This document shows, piece by piece, positions 23,286 through 32,726 of a stretch of DNA of 63,025 bases (within the stretch, counting starts at the first letter, position 1; every line of letters starts with the position of its first letter). Position numbers and translations under genes: made by a program. The notes below the pieces were generated by a model that ran no database searches, was not told where the DNA came from, and was given only the letters and a program-made list of their open reading frames with translations. Origin of the DNA: an uncultured Alphaproteobacteria bacterium (lineage in GTDB: Bacteria; Pseudomonadota; Alphaproteobacteria; HIMB59; GCA-002718135); the NCBI GenBank assembly GCA_902605135.1, contig CACLBK010000003.1:1-63025 (forward strand), given 5' to 3'.

Positions 23286-24833
23286 TTATTTTTTTAAATA
23301 TTCTCTTAATTGATTAATGGTTAAGACTTTTAACACAATTACTAAGGCAAAATAAATAATTATAACTAAAAAGATAATTAGAAGTAAAAGTCCTGAGTTT
23401 ACCAAAGCTGCATTCTCGATAATTTTATTTAAGAGGGCTCCGTTTAATACATATATTGCTGCAAATAATATGGCTGAACTTACAAATATTTTGAATGAAT
23501 TTTTAACTAAAATATCATCAAATTGGATAAGGTTTCTCGTATATAAAAAGACATAGAGCAATAAAGCATTTATCCATGCACTAATAGCTGTTGCTAGTGC
23601 AATTCCCATTTCTCTCATCGATCCAATTAAAAGAAGTGATAATACAATATTACTAATCACGCTTACAATTGAGATATAAAGAGGTGTTCTTGTATCCTCT
23701 CTTGCAAAGAAACAGGAAACTAAGACTTTAATAATAATATAAGCAGGTAGACCTAAGGCAAAGTAACTGAGAACTTTAGCAGTATAAAAAGTATCTTCTG
23801 CTAAAAATGCACCTCGTTCAAATAAAATATGAATAATAGGTTCTGCTAAAATAAATAATCCTATGGCGGAGGGTAAAGAAATTAATAACGAAAATTCAAT
23901 AGATCTATTTTGAATATTATTTGTTGTGTCGAAATCTGATTGTTTAATTGCTTTTGATAAACTTGGTAAAAGAACAATACCAAGTGCTATACCAAAAATA
24001 CCAAGTGGCAGTTGGTTAAGACGATCTGCGTAATAAATATGACTGATTGCACCAACGGGTAAAAAAGAAGCAATAATAGTTCCAATAACAATGTTTAACT
24101 GTATAACACCTGAGCCAACAACACCTGGTAAAAATAATTTGAAAAACTTTTTTAATTTTTCATTTAAAACTGGAATACGAATTCGTGGTCGGTAAAAGTT
24201 TAAAACTGCTCTGTATAAATATAGAAATTGTAATATGCCGCCTATTAATACTCCATACGATAATGCATGACCTGCAGTTGTTACAAAAGGTGTTAAAAAG
24301 AATAATGACAGGATAAAACTTATATTCAAAATAGCAGGGGCAAATGCACCAGCCGCGAAGCGTTCATGAACATTATTAATTGAGGCAAAGTGAGCAGCTA
24401 AAGAAATAAAAATAATATAGGGAAAAATTATTTTTCCAAAATGCACGGCAAGTTCATAGGCCTCTTTATTATCAGTAAAACCTGGTGCTAAAACTTGAAT
24501 GATATAAGGCATTCCAAAGAAGAAAATGATTGTTAAAACAACCGTAGCAAAAAGTAACATGGAGGTTGTGTTTTCAACAAAATCAGAAGCCTCACGTTCA
24601 TCTTTTGGATTGAGAACAACACCAGAGAAAACAGGGATTAATGCAGCACTGTATGCTCCTTCTGCGAGGACGCGGCGAAAGAAATTAGGAATACGAAATG
24701 CTACGAAGAATGCGTCAGCAATGACTGTCGATCCAAGATACCTAGCTATTAATATGTCTCGGATAAAACCTAATACTCGACTTAAAAATGTATAGAAGCT
24801 GACAGTAAAGAATGATCTAAAAAGACTCTTCAT
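23286..24833 (-). CDS. murJ: Lipid II flippase MurJ (MviN)
   Basis: [42 protein letters not shown]. Confidence 0.96.
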   Translation of the reverse strand: MKSLFRSFFTVSFYTFLSRVLGFIRDILIARYLGSTVIADAFFVAFRIPNFFRRVLAEGAYSAALIPVFSGVVLNPKDEREASDFVENTTSMLLFATVVLTIIFFFGMPYIIQVLAPGFTDNKEAYELAVHFGKIIFPYIIFISLAAHFASINNVHERFAAGAFAPAILNISFILSLFFLTPFVTTAGHALSYGVLIGGILQFLYLYRAVLNFYRPRIRIPVLNEKLKKFFKLFLPGVVGSGVIQLNIVIGTIIASFLPVGAISHIYYADRLNQLPLGIFGIALGIVLLPSLSKAIKQSDFDTTNNIQNRSIEFSLLISLPSAIGLFILAEPIIHILFERGAFLAEDTFYTAKVLSYFALGLPAYIIIKVLVSCFFAREDTRTPLYISIVSVISNIVLSLLLIGSMREMGIALATAISAWINALLLYVFLYTRNLIQFDDILVKNSFKIFVSSAILFAAIYVLNGALLNKIIENAALVNSGLLLLIIFLVIIIYFALVIVLKVLTINQLREYLKK

Positions 24834-25006
24834 AAGATAGTTTTATAGTTTGAATGGTGATTTGTATAAGTGAATTTTAGGGCCTAATTATGCCCAAAGC
24901 TATAACCTGTAGATCTTCCGGTTCTTGTTTGTAACAGAAGTATTATTTTTTTAAATAAAAAGAATTATCTTTCGAATCTAATTTAAAAAAATATAAGCTT
25001 ATAAAA

Positions 25007-25966
25007 ATGGAGTTAACCTTAATTTACACAATAATAGGTTTTGGACTTGCAGCATATTCTGTTATTGCCAATGACTCTGTTCAAACTCTTGGAACATTTA
25101 TAGCTTCAAACCAACGCTTTAAATGGTACTGGTTAGCTACTGCTGGCTCTGCTGTACTAGCATTTACACTTATATATGGATGGACCATTAACGATGGTGA
25201 TATTACTTTTGGACGTTTAAATAAAATTCCATATCAAACTATTCAGTGGTATCATGCTTGTGCTCCATTAATTTTAGTACTTCTTACAAGAGGTGGAATT
25301 CCAGTATCTACTACTTTCTTAGTTTTGTCTGCTTTTGCATCAACAGTCGTATTAGAAAAAGTTCTGATGAAATCTGTAATTGGATACGGATTGGCAGCAA
25401 TGATAGCGTATATGGTTTGGATTGGTGTAAGTTATTTTATAAATGAAAAATTTGATAAAGTTCAAGATAAACACAGAAAACCATGGGTAGTAGCTCAATG
25501 GTGTACAACTGGTTTTCTTTGGTACACTTGGTTAAGTCATGATATTGCGAATATAGCTGTTTTTCTTCCTCGTGAACTTCCATTAAGTTTATTAATAGCA
25601 ATAATTGCTTTATTAAGTGTTCTTTTATTCTATATCTTTTGGGACAGAGGTGGACGCATTCAACGAGTTGTCTATTCAAAAACTGGAACACGCTATACCC
25701 GTTCAGCAACTATAATTGATTTTGTTTATGCAGTCATTCTACTCTACTTTAAGCAATACAATGATATTCCAATGTCAACTACATGGGTCTTTGTTGGTTT
25801 ATTATGTGGAAGAGAACTTGCAATCTCTACAATGAACAAAGATTACAAACTTCGTTATGTCTTTCCATTAATTGGAAAAGATTTTCTAAAAATGATTTTT
25901 GGATTAACTGTATCTGTTGGAATTGTTTTATCAATTCATTATGTTTTAATACCAAACGGTTTTTAA
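25007..25966 (+). CDS. Multi-pass membrane protein, probable divergent PiT/PHO4-like anion permease
   Basis: Twice-repeated PiT-like motif pairs: ANDSVQTLGT...GIPVSTT and HDIANIA...IPMSTT. Confidence 0.6.
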   Translation: MELTLIYTIIGFGLAAYSVIANDSVQTLGTFIASNQRFKWYWLATAGSAVLAFTLIYGWTINDGDITFGRLNKIPYQTIQWYHACAPLILVLLTRGGIPVSTTFLVLSAFASTVVLEKVLMKSVIGYGLAAMIAYMVWIGVSYFINEKFDKVQDKHRKPWVVAQWCTTGFLWYTWLSHDIANIAVFLPRELPLSLLIAIIALLSVLLFYIFWDRGGRIQRVVYSKTGTRYTRSATIIDFVYAVILLYFKQYNDIPMSTTWVFVGLLCGRELAISTMNKDYKLRYVFPLIGKDFLKMIFGLTVSVGIVLSIHYVLIPNGF

Positions 25967-26460
25967 AGTTTACCTTTTTTCTTTTTGAGTTCTTTTTTTA
26001 GTTTAGGCCAATCATTATCACTTAAAATATAACCGACACAATTTTTAGAACCACACTTACAAATGTGATCCACAAAATCAGTATCAAAAGGATAACCGTA
26101 GTTATAGAAAAGTTCGGCACCTTTTTTTATTCGTTTAATTGATGAAATCCAAATTTCATTATCTATGATGTCTACTTCACAATTAGGATTACATGAGTGA
26201 TTAATAAATTTTGCAAAATTATAATCAACATCACCGTCAATGTCGTATCGCTTGTTTAGTTCAAAAACATAGACCATGCCGTTATTTTTATCTTTTTTTG
26301 CTTTACGGATTTGTTTATCTGCTCTTTTGTCACCCTCTCTTTTAGTAACTTTATCACCAATATATTGGATTACTTTCTGGCCTTTTTTAATATTAGTTTT
26401 TGCAAATAATCCAGAACCGTGAAGGGGTGATTTTTTTTTAAACCAAATTTTCTGCGTCAT
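25963..26460 (-). CDS. SET-domain protein (lysine methyltransferase fold) with post-SET Cys cluster
   Basis: HGSGLFA, FINHSCNPNC, ELFYNYG, CKCGSKNC.G. Confidence 0.92.
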   Translation of the reverse strand: MTQKIWFKKKSPLHGSGLFAKTNIKKGQKVIQYIGDKVTKREGDKRADKQIRKAKKDKNNGMVYVFELNKRYDIDGDVDYNFAKFINHSCNPNCEVDIIDNEIWISSIKRIKKGAELFYNYGYPFDTDFVDHICKCGSKNCVGYILSDNDWPKLKKELKKKKGKL

Positions 26461-26546
26461 ACTGTTATTTTTTTACAATACACACATATAATAATAAATT
26501 GTATTATAAAATGATACTTTTATGTATAAGAGCAATTCTTTAATTA

Positions 26547-27359
26547 ATGAAATTTGAAACAAATAAAAAATTTTACCGCACAATTTGGATTTCGGATACC
26601 CATCTAGGAACTAGTGGTTGTAAAAGCAAAATGCTTTTAGAATTCTTAGAAGAAACAGATTCAGAATATCTATTTTTAGTAGGCGACATTGTTGATGGAT
26701 GGCGCATGCGTAAGAAAATGTATTGGCCTCAAGAACATAACGACGTAGTTCAAAAAGTTTTAAAGAAAGCGAAAAATGGAACTAGAGTAGTGCTTATCCC
26801 AGGAAATCATGATGAAGTATTAAAAGATTTTACAAATTTTTCCTTTGGAGAAATTTCAATCAAAAATGAAGATACGCATCAATTAGCTGATGGAAGAAAA
26901 GTACTGATTACACACGGAGATGAATTTGATGCCGTGATCATTAATGCAAGATGGTTAGCTAAAGTTGGATCAGCACTTTATGAATATTTACTAAAGTTAA
27001 ATAATGTATTTAATTTTATTCGACGAAAGATGGGCTTGTCTTACTGGTCATTGTCCCAATATTTAAAAAAGAAAACAAAACATGCAACGAACTTTATTAG
27101 TAATTTTGAGTTTGCTGTATCTGATAGGGCAAGAAGAGAAAATGCCGATGTTGTTGTATGTGGGCATATACATAGACCAGAAATAAAAGAATTAAATGGT
27201 ATTCTCTATTGTAATGATGGTGACTGGATTGAAAGTTGTACAGCACTCGTTGAAGATGAAATTGGAAATTTATCAATTCTTAATTGGCCCGAAGAAAGAG
27301 AAAAATTAAAATTAATTTCTTTAGAAGAAAGACGAAAAATAAAAGAGGATGCAGCCTAA
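26547..27359 (+). CDS. plcP: PlcP-like intracellular phospholipase C (LpxH-like metallophosphoesterase)
   Basis: ISDTHLG, GDIVDGW, PGNHD, HGDEFD, CGHIH, YCNDGDWIESCTAL; translationally coupled to a GT4 gene as in plcP-agt loci. Confidence 0.8.
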   Translation: MKFETNKKFYRTIWISDTHLGTSGCKSKMLLEFLEETDSEYLFLVGDIVDGWRMRKKMYWPQEHNDVVQKVLKKAKNGTRVVLIPGNHDEVLKDFTNFSFGEISIKNEDTHQLADGRKVLITHGDEFDAVIINARWLAKVGSALYEYLLKLNNVFNFIRRKMGLSYWSLSQYLKKKTKHATNFISNFEFAVSDRARRENADVVVCGHIHRPEIKELNGILYCNDGDWIESCTALVEDEIGNLSILNWPEEREKLKLISLEERRKIKEDAA

Positions 27360-28356
27360 AAAAATCGCGTTAATAAGTGATGCGTGGGTTCCTCAGGTAA
27401 ATGGCGTAGTTACGACATTTCAAAGCGTTATACCTCTCCTAGAAAAAAAAGGTTTTGAAATTAAAATATTACATCCAGAGATGTTTAATAATTTTAGTTA
27501 TCCTTGGTACAAAGAAATTAAAATTTCTTACAATACTAAAAAAGTTACAGAAAAATTTTTTAAAGAATTTAATCCAGATATTGTTCATATAATGACTGAA
27601 GGGCCAGTAGGTTTTGCTGGTCGTAAATATTGTATTAAAAATAAACTACGATACACTTCTTCTTTTCACACCCGTTTTCCTGATTATATTAAACAGAGAG
27701 CTTATATTCCTAAAAGTTTAACATATTCAATATTAAGAAGACTTCATGATAATTCTGTAAATGTACTTGTTCCATCACTTTCCATGGTCGAAGAATTAGA
27801 GCGGTATAATTTCAAAAATTTAAAAGTATGGAATAGAGGAGTTGATACTGAATTATTCAATCCAAATAAAAGAAATAGAGATGATGATGACATTCAACTG
27901 ACTTATGTTGGAAGAGTTGCTATTGAAAAAAATATTGAAGAATTTTTAACACTAAAAGGAAATTATAATAAAACTGTTGTGGGTGATGGTCCTGAATTAC
28001 AAAAATATATAAATAAGTATCCTGATGTAAATTTTGTTGGATTGAAACGAGGTAATGAACTTGCAGAATATTATGCGAATGCTGATGTATTTGTTTTCCC
28101 ATCTAAAACGGATACTTTAGGAAATGTAATACTTGAAGCTCTTGCTTGCGGAACACCAATTGCTGCATTTCCTGTTACTGGACCAAAAGATATTCTAAAA
28201 GATACTAAAATAAATACACTTGATGACAGACTAGGTAATTCAGTAGAAAAAGCTCTTAAAGTGAATAGAAATGATTGTCGTGAATTTGCTATGAAATTTA
28301 CGTGGGAAGATTGCGCTAATGAATTTTTAGATTCACAAATTGATTCTAAAAATTAA
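27349..28356 (+). CDS. GT4 glycosyltransferase, Agt-like diacylglycerol glycosyl/glucuronosyltransferase
   Basis: DAWVPQVNGVV.T, TEGPVG, YVGRVAIEKN, FPSKTDTLG.V.LEALACG.P. Confidence 0.85.
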   Translation: MQPKKIALISDAWVPQVNGVVTTFQSVIPLLEKKGFEIKILHPEMFNNFSYPWYKEIKISYNTKKVTEKFFKEFNPDIVHIMTEGPVGFAGRKYCIKNKLRYTSSFHTRFPDYIKQRAYIPKSLTYSILRRLHDNSVNVLVPSLSMVEELERYNFKNLKVWNRGVDTELFNPNKRNRDDDDIQLTYVGRVAIEKNIEEFLTLKGNYNKTVVGDGPELQKYINKYPDVNFVGLKRGNELAEYYANADVFVFPSKTDTLGNVILEALACGTPIAAFPVTGPKDILKDTKINTLDDRLGNSVEKALKVNRNDCREFAMKFTWEDCANEFLDSQIDSKN

Positions 28357-28364
28357 TTACTTTT

Positions 28365-28592
28365 CTAAACAAATAAATAGACGTACCCAAAAAGAAAAAG
28401 AGGTAGTTGTAATCCAAAGTTTGTTAATAACGCTTTATCTCTTGTCATATAACCAACCACTGACCAACCAACTGCACCTGTTCCATGTATAATAATATTA
28501 TATGGATATGCATTTAAGTTAGTTAATAATATTCCTGACAAGATTAAAAAGGTACTAAACCACTTAATTCTATTAATTGATATATCTGTCAT
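28365..28592 (-). CDS. Small three-helix membrane protein of unknown function
   Basis: 75 aa hydrophobic ORF with AGGAG RBS; KW..T....G..L...N.YP.N pattern. Confidence 0.7.
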   Translation of the reverse strand: MTDISINRIKWFSTFLILSGILLTNLNAYPYNIIIHGTGAVGWSVVGYMTRDKALLTNFGLQLPLFLFGYVYLFV

Positions 28593-28657
28593 AAAACTCC
28601 TAAATTCTGAAAATTTTCATTAATATATGTATCCTAAAGATAAAGATATTAATCAAA

Positions 28658-28675
28658 TTGTAACGAATTTTTAAC
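28658..28675 (+). promoter_or_regulatory. Putative Pho box (PhoB site) upstream of DUF47-pit
   Basis: TTGTAAC-GAAT-TTTTAAC, a 7-4-7 direct repeat resembling CTGTCAT-N4-CTGTCAT. Confidence 0.5.
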
Positions 28676-28714
28676 ATTTCTTTATTTTTTTTTGAAAAGT
28701 TCTATAAGCACGCC

Positions 28715-29377
28715 ATGTTTGGACTAAAAAGTGCATCTTTATTTGGTGATACCAAAAAACTTGAGAGAGAAATTGATGAATTTGTCGATATTGTCTCTGA
28801 AGTAGGTTTAGTATTTAAATCTATTGTTCCAACTTATCTCAATCATTCCGCCAACGGTAAATTTGAGGAAATGGTTGAAAAAGTAAAAGAAATGGAAAGT
28901 AAGGCCGACAAAATTACGAAAGATGTTGAGCATACTCTTTATGAAGAAACACTAATCCCAGATGCAAGAAGTGATGTGTTACGACTTCTAGAACACATCG
29001 ACGAATTAATTGGAATGTACCAAGGGAATTGTTATCACTTCTCTATTCAAAAACCTAATTTTCCAAAAGAGTTTCACCAAGATTTAATTGAGTTAACAGA
29101 GACTGTTGTAAATTGTGTTGAATCATTATGTTTAACCGTAAGATCATTTTTTAGAGATATTAAATCTGTTAGAGATAATGCACATAAAGTTACATTTTAT
29201 GAAAAAGAATCTGATATAAAATTTAGTTCTCTTGCAAGAAGAATTTTTGATTCTGAATTACCCTTAGATCAAAAAATGCATCTTCGATACTTTGTAGAGA
29301 AAATTGATCGTATTTGTGATCAAGCAGAAGACATAGCTGACGAGGTTCAAATTTATGCTATTAAACGTTCCGTTTAA
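28715..29377 (+). CDS. DUF47/TIGR00153 PhoU-like phosphate transport regulator
   Basis: E..AD.I...V...LY...L.PD.R.D and D.AEDIAD motifs; immediately upstream of a pit gene. Confidence 0.88.
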   Translation: MFGLKSASLFGDTKKLEREIDEFVDIVSEVGLVFKSIVPTYLNHSANGKFEEMVEKVKEMESKADKITKDVEHTLYEETLIPDARSDVLRLLEHIDELIGMYQGNCYHFSIQKPNFPKEFHQDLIELTETVVNCVESLCLTVRSFFRDIKSVRDNAHKVTFYEKESDIKFSSLARRIFDSELPLDQKMHLRYFVEKIDRICDQAEDIADEVQIYAIKRSV

Positions 29378-29383
29378 TTTTCA

Positions 29384-30436
29384 ATGGAAATTACAATTCT
29401 AATTTTTTTATTTGGTGGTCTTTTTTTAGGTTGGTCACTTGGTGCTAATGATGCAGCAAATGTTTTTGGGACTGCTGTTGGAACGCGAATGGTTGGTTTC
29501 ACAACTGCAGCAATAATTTGTAGTGTCTTTGTTATTCTAGGTGCGATTATTAGCGGAGCAGGGACAACAGAAACTTTAGGTAAATTGGGTGCTATTAATG
29601 CATTGCCTGGTGCTTTTGCAGCATGTGTGGCTGCGGGAATATCTGTTTATTTAATGACCAAAGTTGGCTTGCCTGTTTCAACGACGCAAGCGATTGTTGG
29701 AGCAATTGTTGGTTGGAATTTATACACGGGATCTTCAACTAATCTTCAAGTCTTAATTACTATTTTAGGAACATGGATACTCTGCCCTATTATTGCAGGA
29801 GTTATTGCAATGGGTTTATTTACTTTTACAAAAAGAGTTATACTCAATAGAAAGCTACATATTCTCAGACTTGATGCGTATACAAGAACAGCTTTACTTT
29901 TAGCAGGTGCTTTTGGTGCTTATAGTTTAGGTGCAAACAATATTGCCAATGTAATGGGTGTCTTCGTACCTATATCGCCGTTTACTGATGTTACTATTGG
30001 AAATTTATTTGTCTTTTCTTCTAAAGAACAATTATTTCTTCTTGGTGGTTTAGCAATAGCCGTTGGTGTTTTTACTTACTCGAAAAGAGTTATGTTTACC
30101 GTGGGTAATGATCTTTTAAAAATGACACCTGTGGCAGCATTTATTGTTGTCATATCGCATTCTATTGTTTTATTTTTATTTGCATCCCAGGGTATAAGTG
30201 CTTTTTTACAATCTATAAATCTTCCCTCTATACCTTTGGTTCCAGTATCAAGTTCCCAAGCTGTTGTAGGCGGCGTAATTGGAATTGGTCTTTTAAAAGG
30301 AGGAAAAGAAGTTCAATGGTCAATTGCAGGAAGAATTTCTTTGGGTTGGATGACACTACCTATAATTGCAGCATTAATTTCTTTAATTGTTTTATTTATT
30401 CTAGAAAATATTTTTAATTTAACGGTCTCTTTTTAA
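29384..30436 (+). CDS. pit: Inorganic phosphate transporter, PiT family
   Basis: GANDAANVFGTAVG, GLPVSTTQA, GANNIANV, PVSSSQA. Confidence 0.95.
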   Translation: MEITILIFLFGGLFLGWSLGANDAANVFGTAVGTRMVGFTTAAIICSVFVILGAIISGAGTTETLGKLGAINALPGAFAACVAAGISVYLMTKVGLPVSTTQAIVGAIVGWNLYTGSSTNLQVLITILGTWILCPIIAGVIAMGLFTFTKRVILNRKLHILRLDAYTRTALLLAGAFGAYSLGANNIANVMGVFVPISPFTDVTIGNLFVFSSKEQLFLLGGLAIAVGVFTYSKRVMFTVGNDLLKMTPVAAFIVVISHSIVLFLFASQGISAFLQSINLPSIPLVPVSSSQAVVGGVIGIGLLKGGKEVQWSIAGRISLGWMTLPIIAALISLIVLFILENIFNLTVSF

Positions 30437-30957
30437 TTAACTGCTCGATAAGAAAAAATAAAATCTTCTTGGATTTTTGACTCAATAGCCCCTTTTCTTC
30501 TTGATCGCACTAGATCGATAGCTTCTTGTTTTTCATAATTAAATTCAACAAGTAAAATAGCAGCTATGGTGCCAGCCCTTCCTTTGCCTCCACGGCAATG
30601 CAAAACTATATTTTTTCCATCTATCAATTCATTCTTTAATAAAACTTTTGTTGTTTCCCATTTATATTTAAAATCTTTATCTGGTGCTCCCATGTCATAG
30701 ATGGGTAAATGGTACCAATGTAATTTATGTTCATAAATACTTTTGACAAAAAAAGTTTTATCACACAATTTTTCAAATTCGCTATCTTCAACAAAAGAAC
30801 TAATAGAACTACAATTATTATTTTTAAATATTTCTAATTCATTTGCTAAAATTTTTTCTTCAAACAAACCATAAGAATTAAGACCTGGAAAGGAAGTTAA
30901 TATAATTTTTCCTGCAAATGACTTAGAGTCAATAAAATCATAATTGCTAAATTGCAT
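30433..30957 (-). CDS. Cys-dependent (CX5R) dual-specificity/PTP-like phosphatase, CDKN3-like
   Basis: HCRGGKGRAG P-loop, HLPI.D..APD, R..R.GAIE...Q. Confidence 0.88.
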   Translation of the reverse strand: MQFSNYDFIDSKSFAGKIILTSFPGLNSYGLFEEKILANELEIFKNNNCSSISSFVEDSEFEKLCDKTFFVKSIYEHKLHWYHLPIYDMGAPDKDFKYKWETTKVLLKNELIDGKNIVLHCRGGKGRAGTIAAILLVEFNYEKQEAIDLVRSRRKGAIESKIQEDFIFSYRAVN

Positions 30958-31533
30958 TTACGCTTGTTTAGCTAAAAAAGACTGTCTTGCTTCTTCTAAA
31001 TAGGGACGGAAATGTTCAACATCGGGAGTTTTTTTATCTAGAATTTTTGCTAAATCATCAAATCTTCTAAGTTCTACTGCCTCATCCATAAAAGGTTTGC
31101 CGATAAACGCATCTGCTTCTTCTTTTGTGAAAGGACCACCTTGAACTTTTAACGAAAGTTTCGATGCTTCTGATAGGCTATCATAATAACCCTCTTCAAC
31201 ACTTGATAAATATCTTTTTGAATCAACATGTGCTCTAATTGGTAAAATAACATCTTCACCAAAATATTTTTTTAAAAAATCAGCACCTAAGTTTTCATGA
31301 TGACCATCTTTGCCTTCATGAATGGGATCGCCGTCCTCATAGATAAGGTGGCCAACATCATGCAGTAATGCTGCAGCAATTGTTGGTCCTGGTAATTTAT
31401 GTTTTTCAGCAAGTTCAGCGCATTGGAGTGCATGCTCAAGCTGGGTCACATCCTCATTACCATATTGAATATCAGCACCTTTTGTTTTCAAAAGATCTAA
31501 GAGATAATCTACGATATTTTCTTCCATTCTCAT
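30958..31533 (-). CDS. phnZ: HD-domain diiron phosphonate oxygenase, PhnZ/TmpB family
   Basis: VTQLEHALQCA, ALLHDVGH, HENLGA, HVDSKRYL, SL..QGG, RRFDD.AK; divergent from phnW. Confidence 0.85.
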   Translation of the reverse strand: MRMEENIVDYLLDLLKTKGADIQYGNEDVTQLEHALQCAELAEKHKLPGPTIAAALLHDVGHLIYEDGDPIHEGKDGHHENLGADFLKKYFGEDVILPIRAHVDSKRYLSSVEEGYYDSLSEASKLSLKVQGGPFTKEEADAFIGKPFMDEAVELRRFDDLAKILDKKTPDVEHFRPYLEEARQSFLAKQA

Positions 31534-31621
31534 TTATAATTAACTTATTAGAAAATAAATTCAATTCCAACTTTAATAAGATTGATCAAATTTATAATAA
31601 TATTTATTAAGTAAATATTTA

Positions 31622-32719
31622 ATGGATAAAAAATTATTAACCCCTGGTCCTCTCACGACATCGATGTCAACAAAAGAGGCTATGCTTCATGATTGGGGTT
31701 CAAGGGATACAAAATTTATTGATCTCAATGCATCAATTAGAGATTCCCTTGTTAAATTAATAGACGGTGAAGATAAATATCAATGTGTTCCAATGCAGGG
31801 AAGTGGAACTTTTGCTGTAGAGTCGATGGTGAGCTCTCTTACTCAAAAAGATTCTAAAATTCTGATTCTGATCAATGGTGCTTACGGACAAAGAATGAAA
31901 AAAATGTGCACTTATTTAGGGAGAGATTTTATTGAATATGAAGTTGCTGAACATGAAGTACATGACATCAATAAAATTGAAGAGTTAATTGATAGCAACA
32001 ACTTAACACACGTCTTTGCTGTATATTGTGAAACAACATCGGGTATTTTAAATCCTATTGAAGAGATTGCAAAATTAGTTGAAGGGAAAAACTTATCTTT
32101 ATTCATCGATGCAATGAGTGCCTTTGGTGCATTACCCTTAAGTTCTAAAACAATTACTTTTGATGCTGTAGCCGCTTCATCAAACAAATGCTTAGAAGGT
32201 GTGCCAGGTGTTGGTTTCATTCTTGTTAAAAATGATGTTATTCAAAATGCAAAAGGCAATAGTCACTCACTAAGTCTAGACCTGTATGATCAATGGCAAG
32301 CAATGGAAAAAAATAAACAATGGCGATTTACACCTCCTACACACGTATTGGCTGCATTCAACCAAGCTATTGAGGAACATAAAAAACAAGGCGGTGTAGA
32401 GGGAAGAGGTAAAAGATATAAAAAAAATTGTGAAATTATTTGTAATGGAATGAAAGAGTTGGGATTTGAGCAATTACTTCCTGATAATTTGCAAGCACCA
32501 ATTATTATTACTTTTAAACAACCTAATGATCCTAAATTTAATTTTGAGAAGTTTTATAATGCTCTTAGTGAAAAAGATTTTTTAATTTATCCTGGAAAAC
32601 TAACCGTGGCAGAAACTTTTAGAATTGGGTGTATTGGTAATTTAGATGAACAAGACATGATGGATACTATAAAGGCAGTAAAAGAAGTTGTTACTGAATT
32701 GGGACTAACATTAAACTAA
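31622..32719 (+). CDS. phnW: 2-aminoethylphosphonate--pyruvate transaminase
   Basis: LLTPGPLTTS, DWGSRD, CETTSG, DAMSAFG, SSNKCLEGVPG, QWRFTPPTH, IYPGKLT. Confidence 0.97.
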   Translation: MDKKLLTPGPLTTSMSTKEAMLHDWGSRDTKFIDLNASIRDSLVKLIDGEDKYQCVPMQGSGTFAVESMVSSLTQKDSKILILINGAYGQRMKKMCTYLGRDFIEYEVAEHEVHDINKIEELIDSNNLTHVFAVYCETTSGILNPIEEIAKLVEGKNLSLFIDAMSAFGALPLSSKTITFDAVAASSNKCLEGVPGVGFILVKNDVIQNAKGNSHSLSLDLYDQWQAMEKNKQWRFTPPTHVLAAFNQAIEEHKKQGGVEGRGKRYKKNCEIICNGMKELGFEQLLPDNLQAPIIITFKQPNDPKFNFEKFYNALSEKDFLIYPGKLTVAETFRIGCIGNLDEQDMMDTIKAVKEVVTELGLTLN

Positions 32720-32726
32720 CAAAACT

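Noticed and set aside
26461-26546. Expected Pho box upstream of plcP
   Set aside because: Only single half-sites (CTGTTAT, TTGTATT) are present, without a convincing 11-nt partner.
28586-28603. Perfect Pho half-site CTGTCAT-AAAA-CTCCTAA
   Set aside because: It is the reverse complement of the RBS and ATG of the small minus-strand gene. The second half-site is poor and it is far from the DUF47 start.
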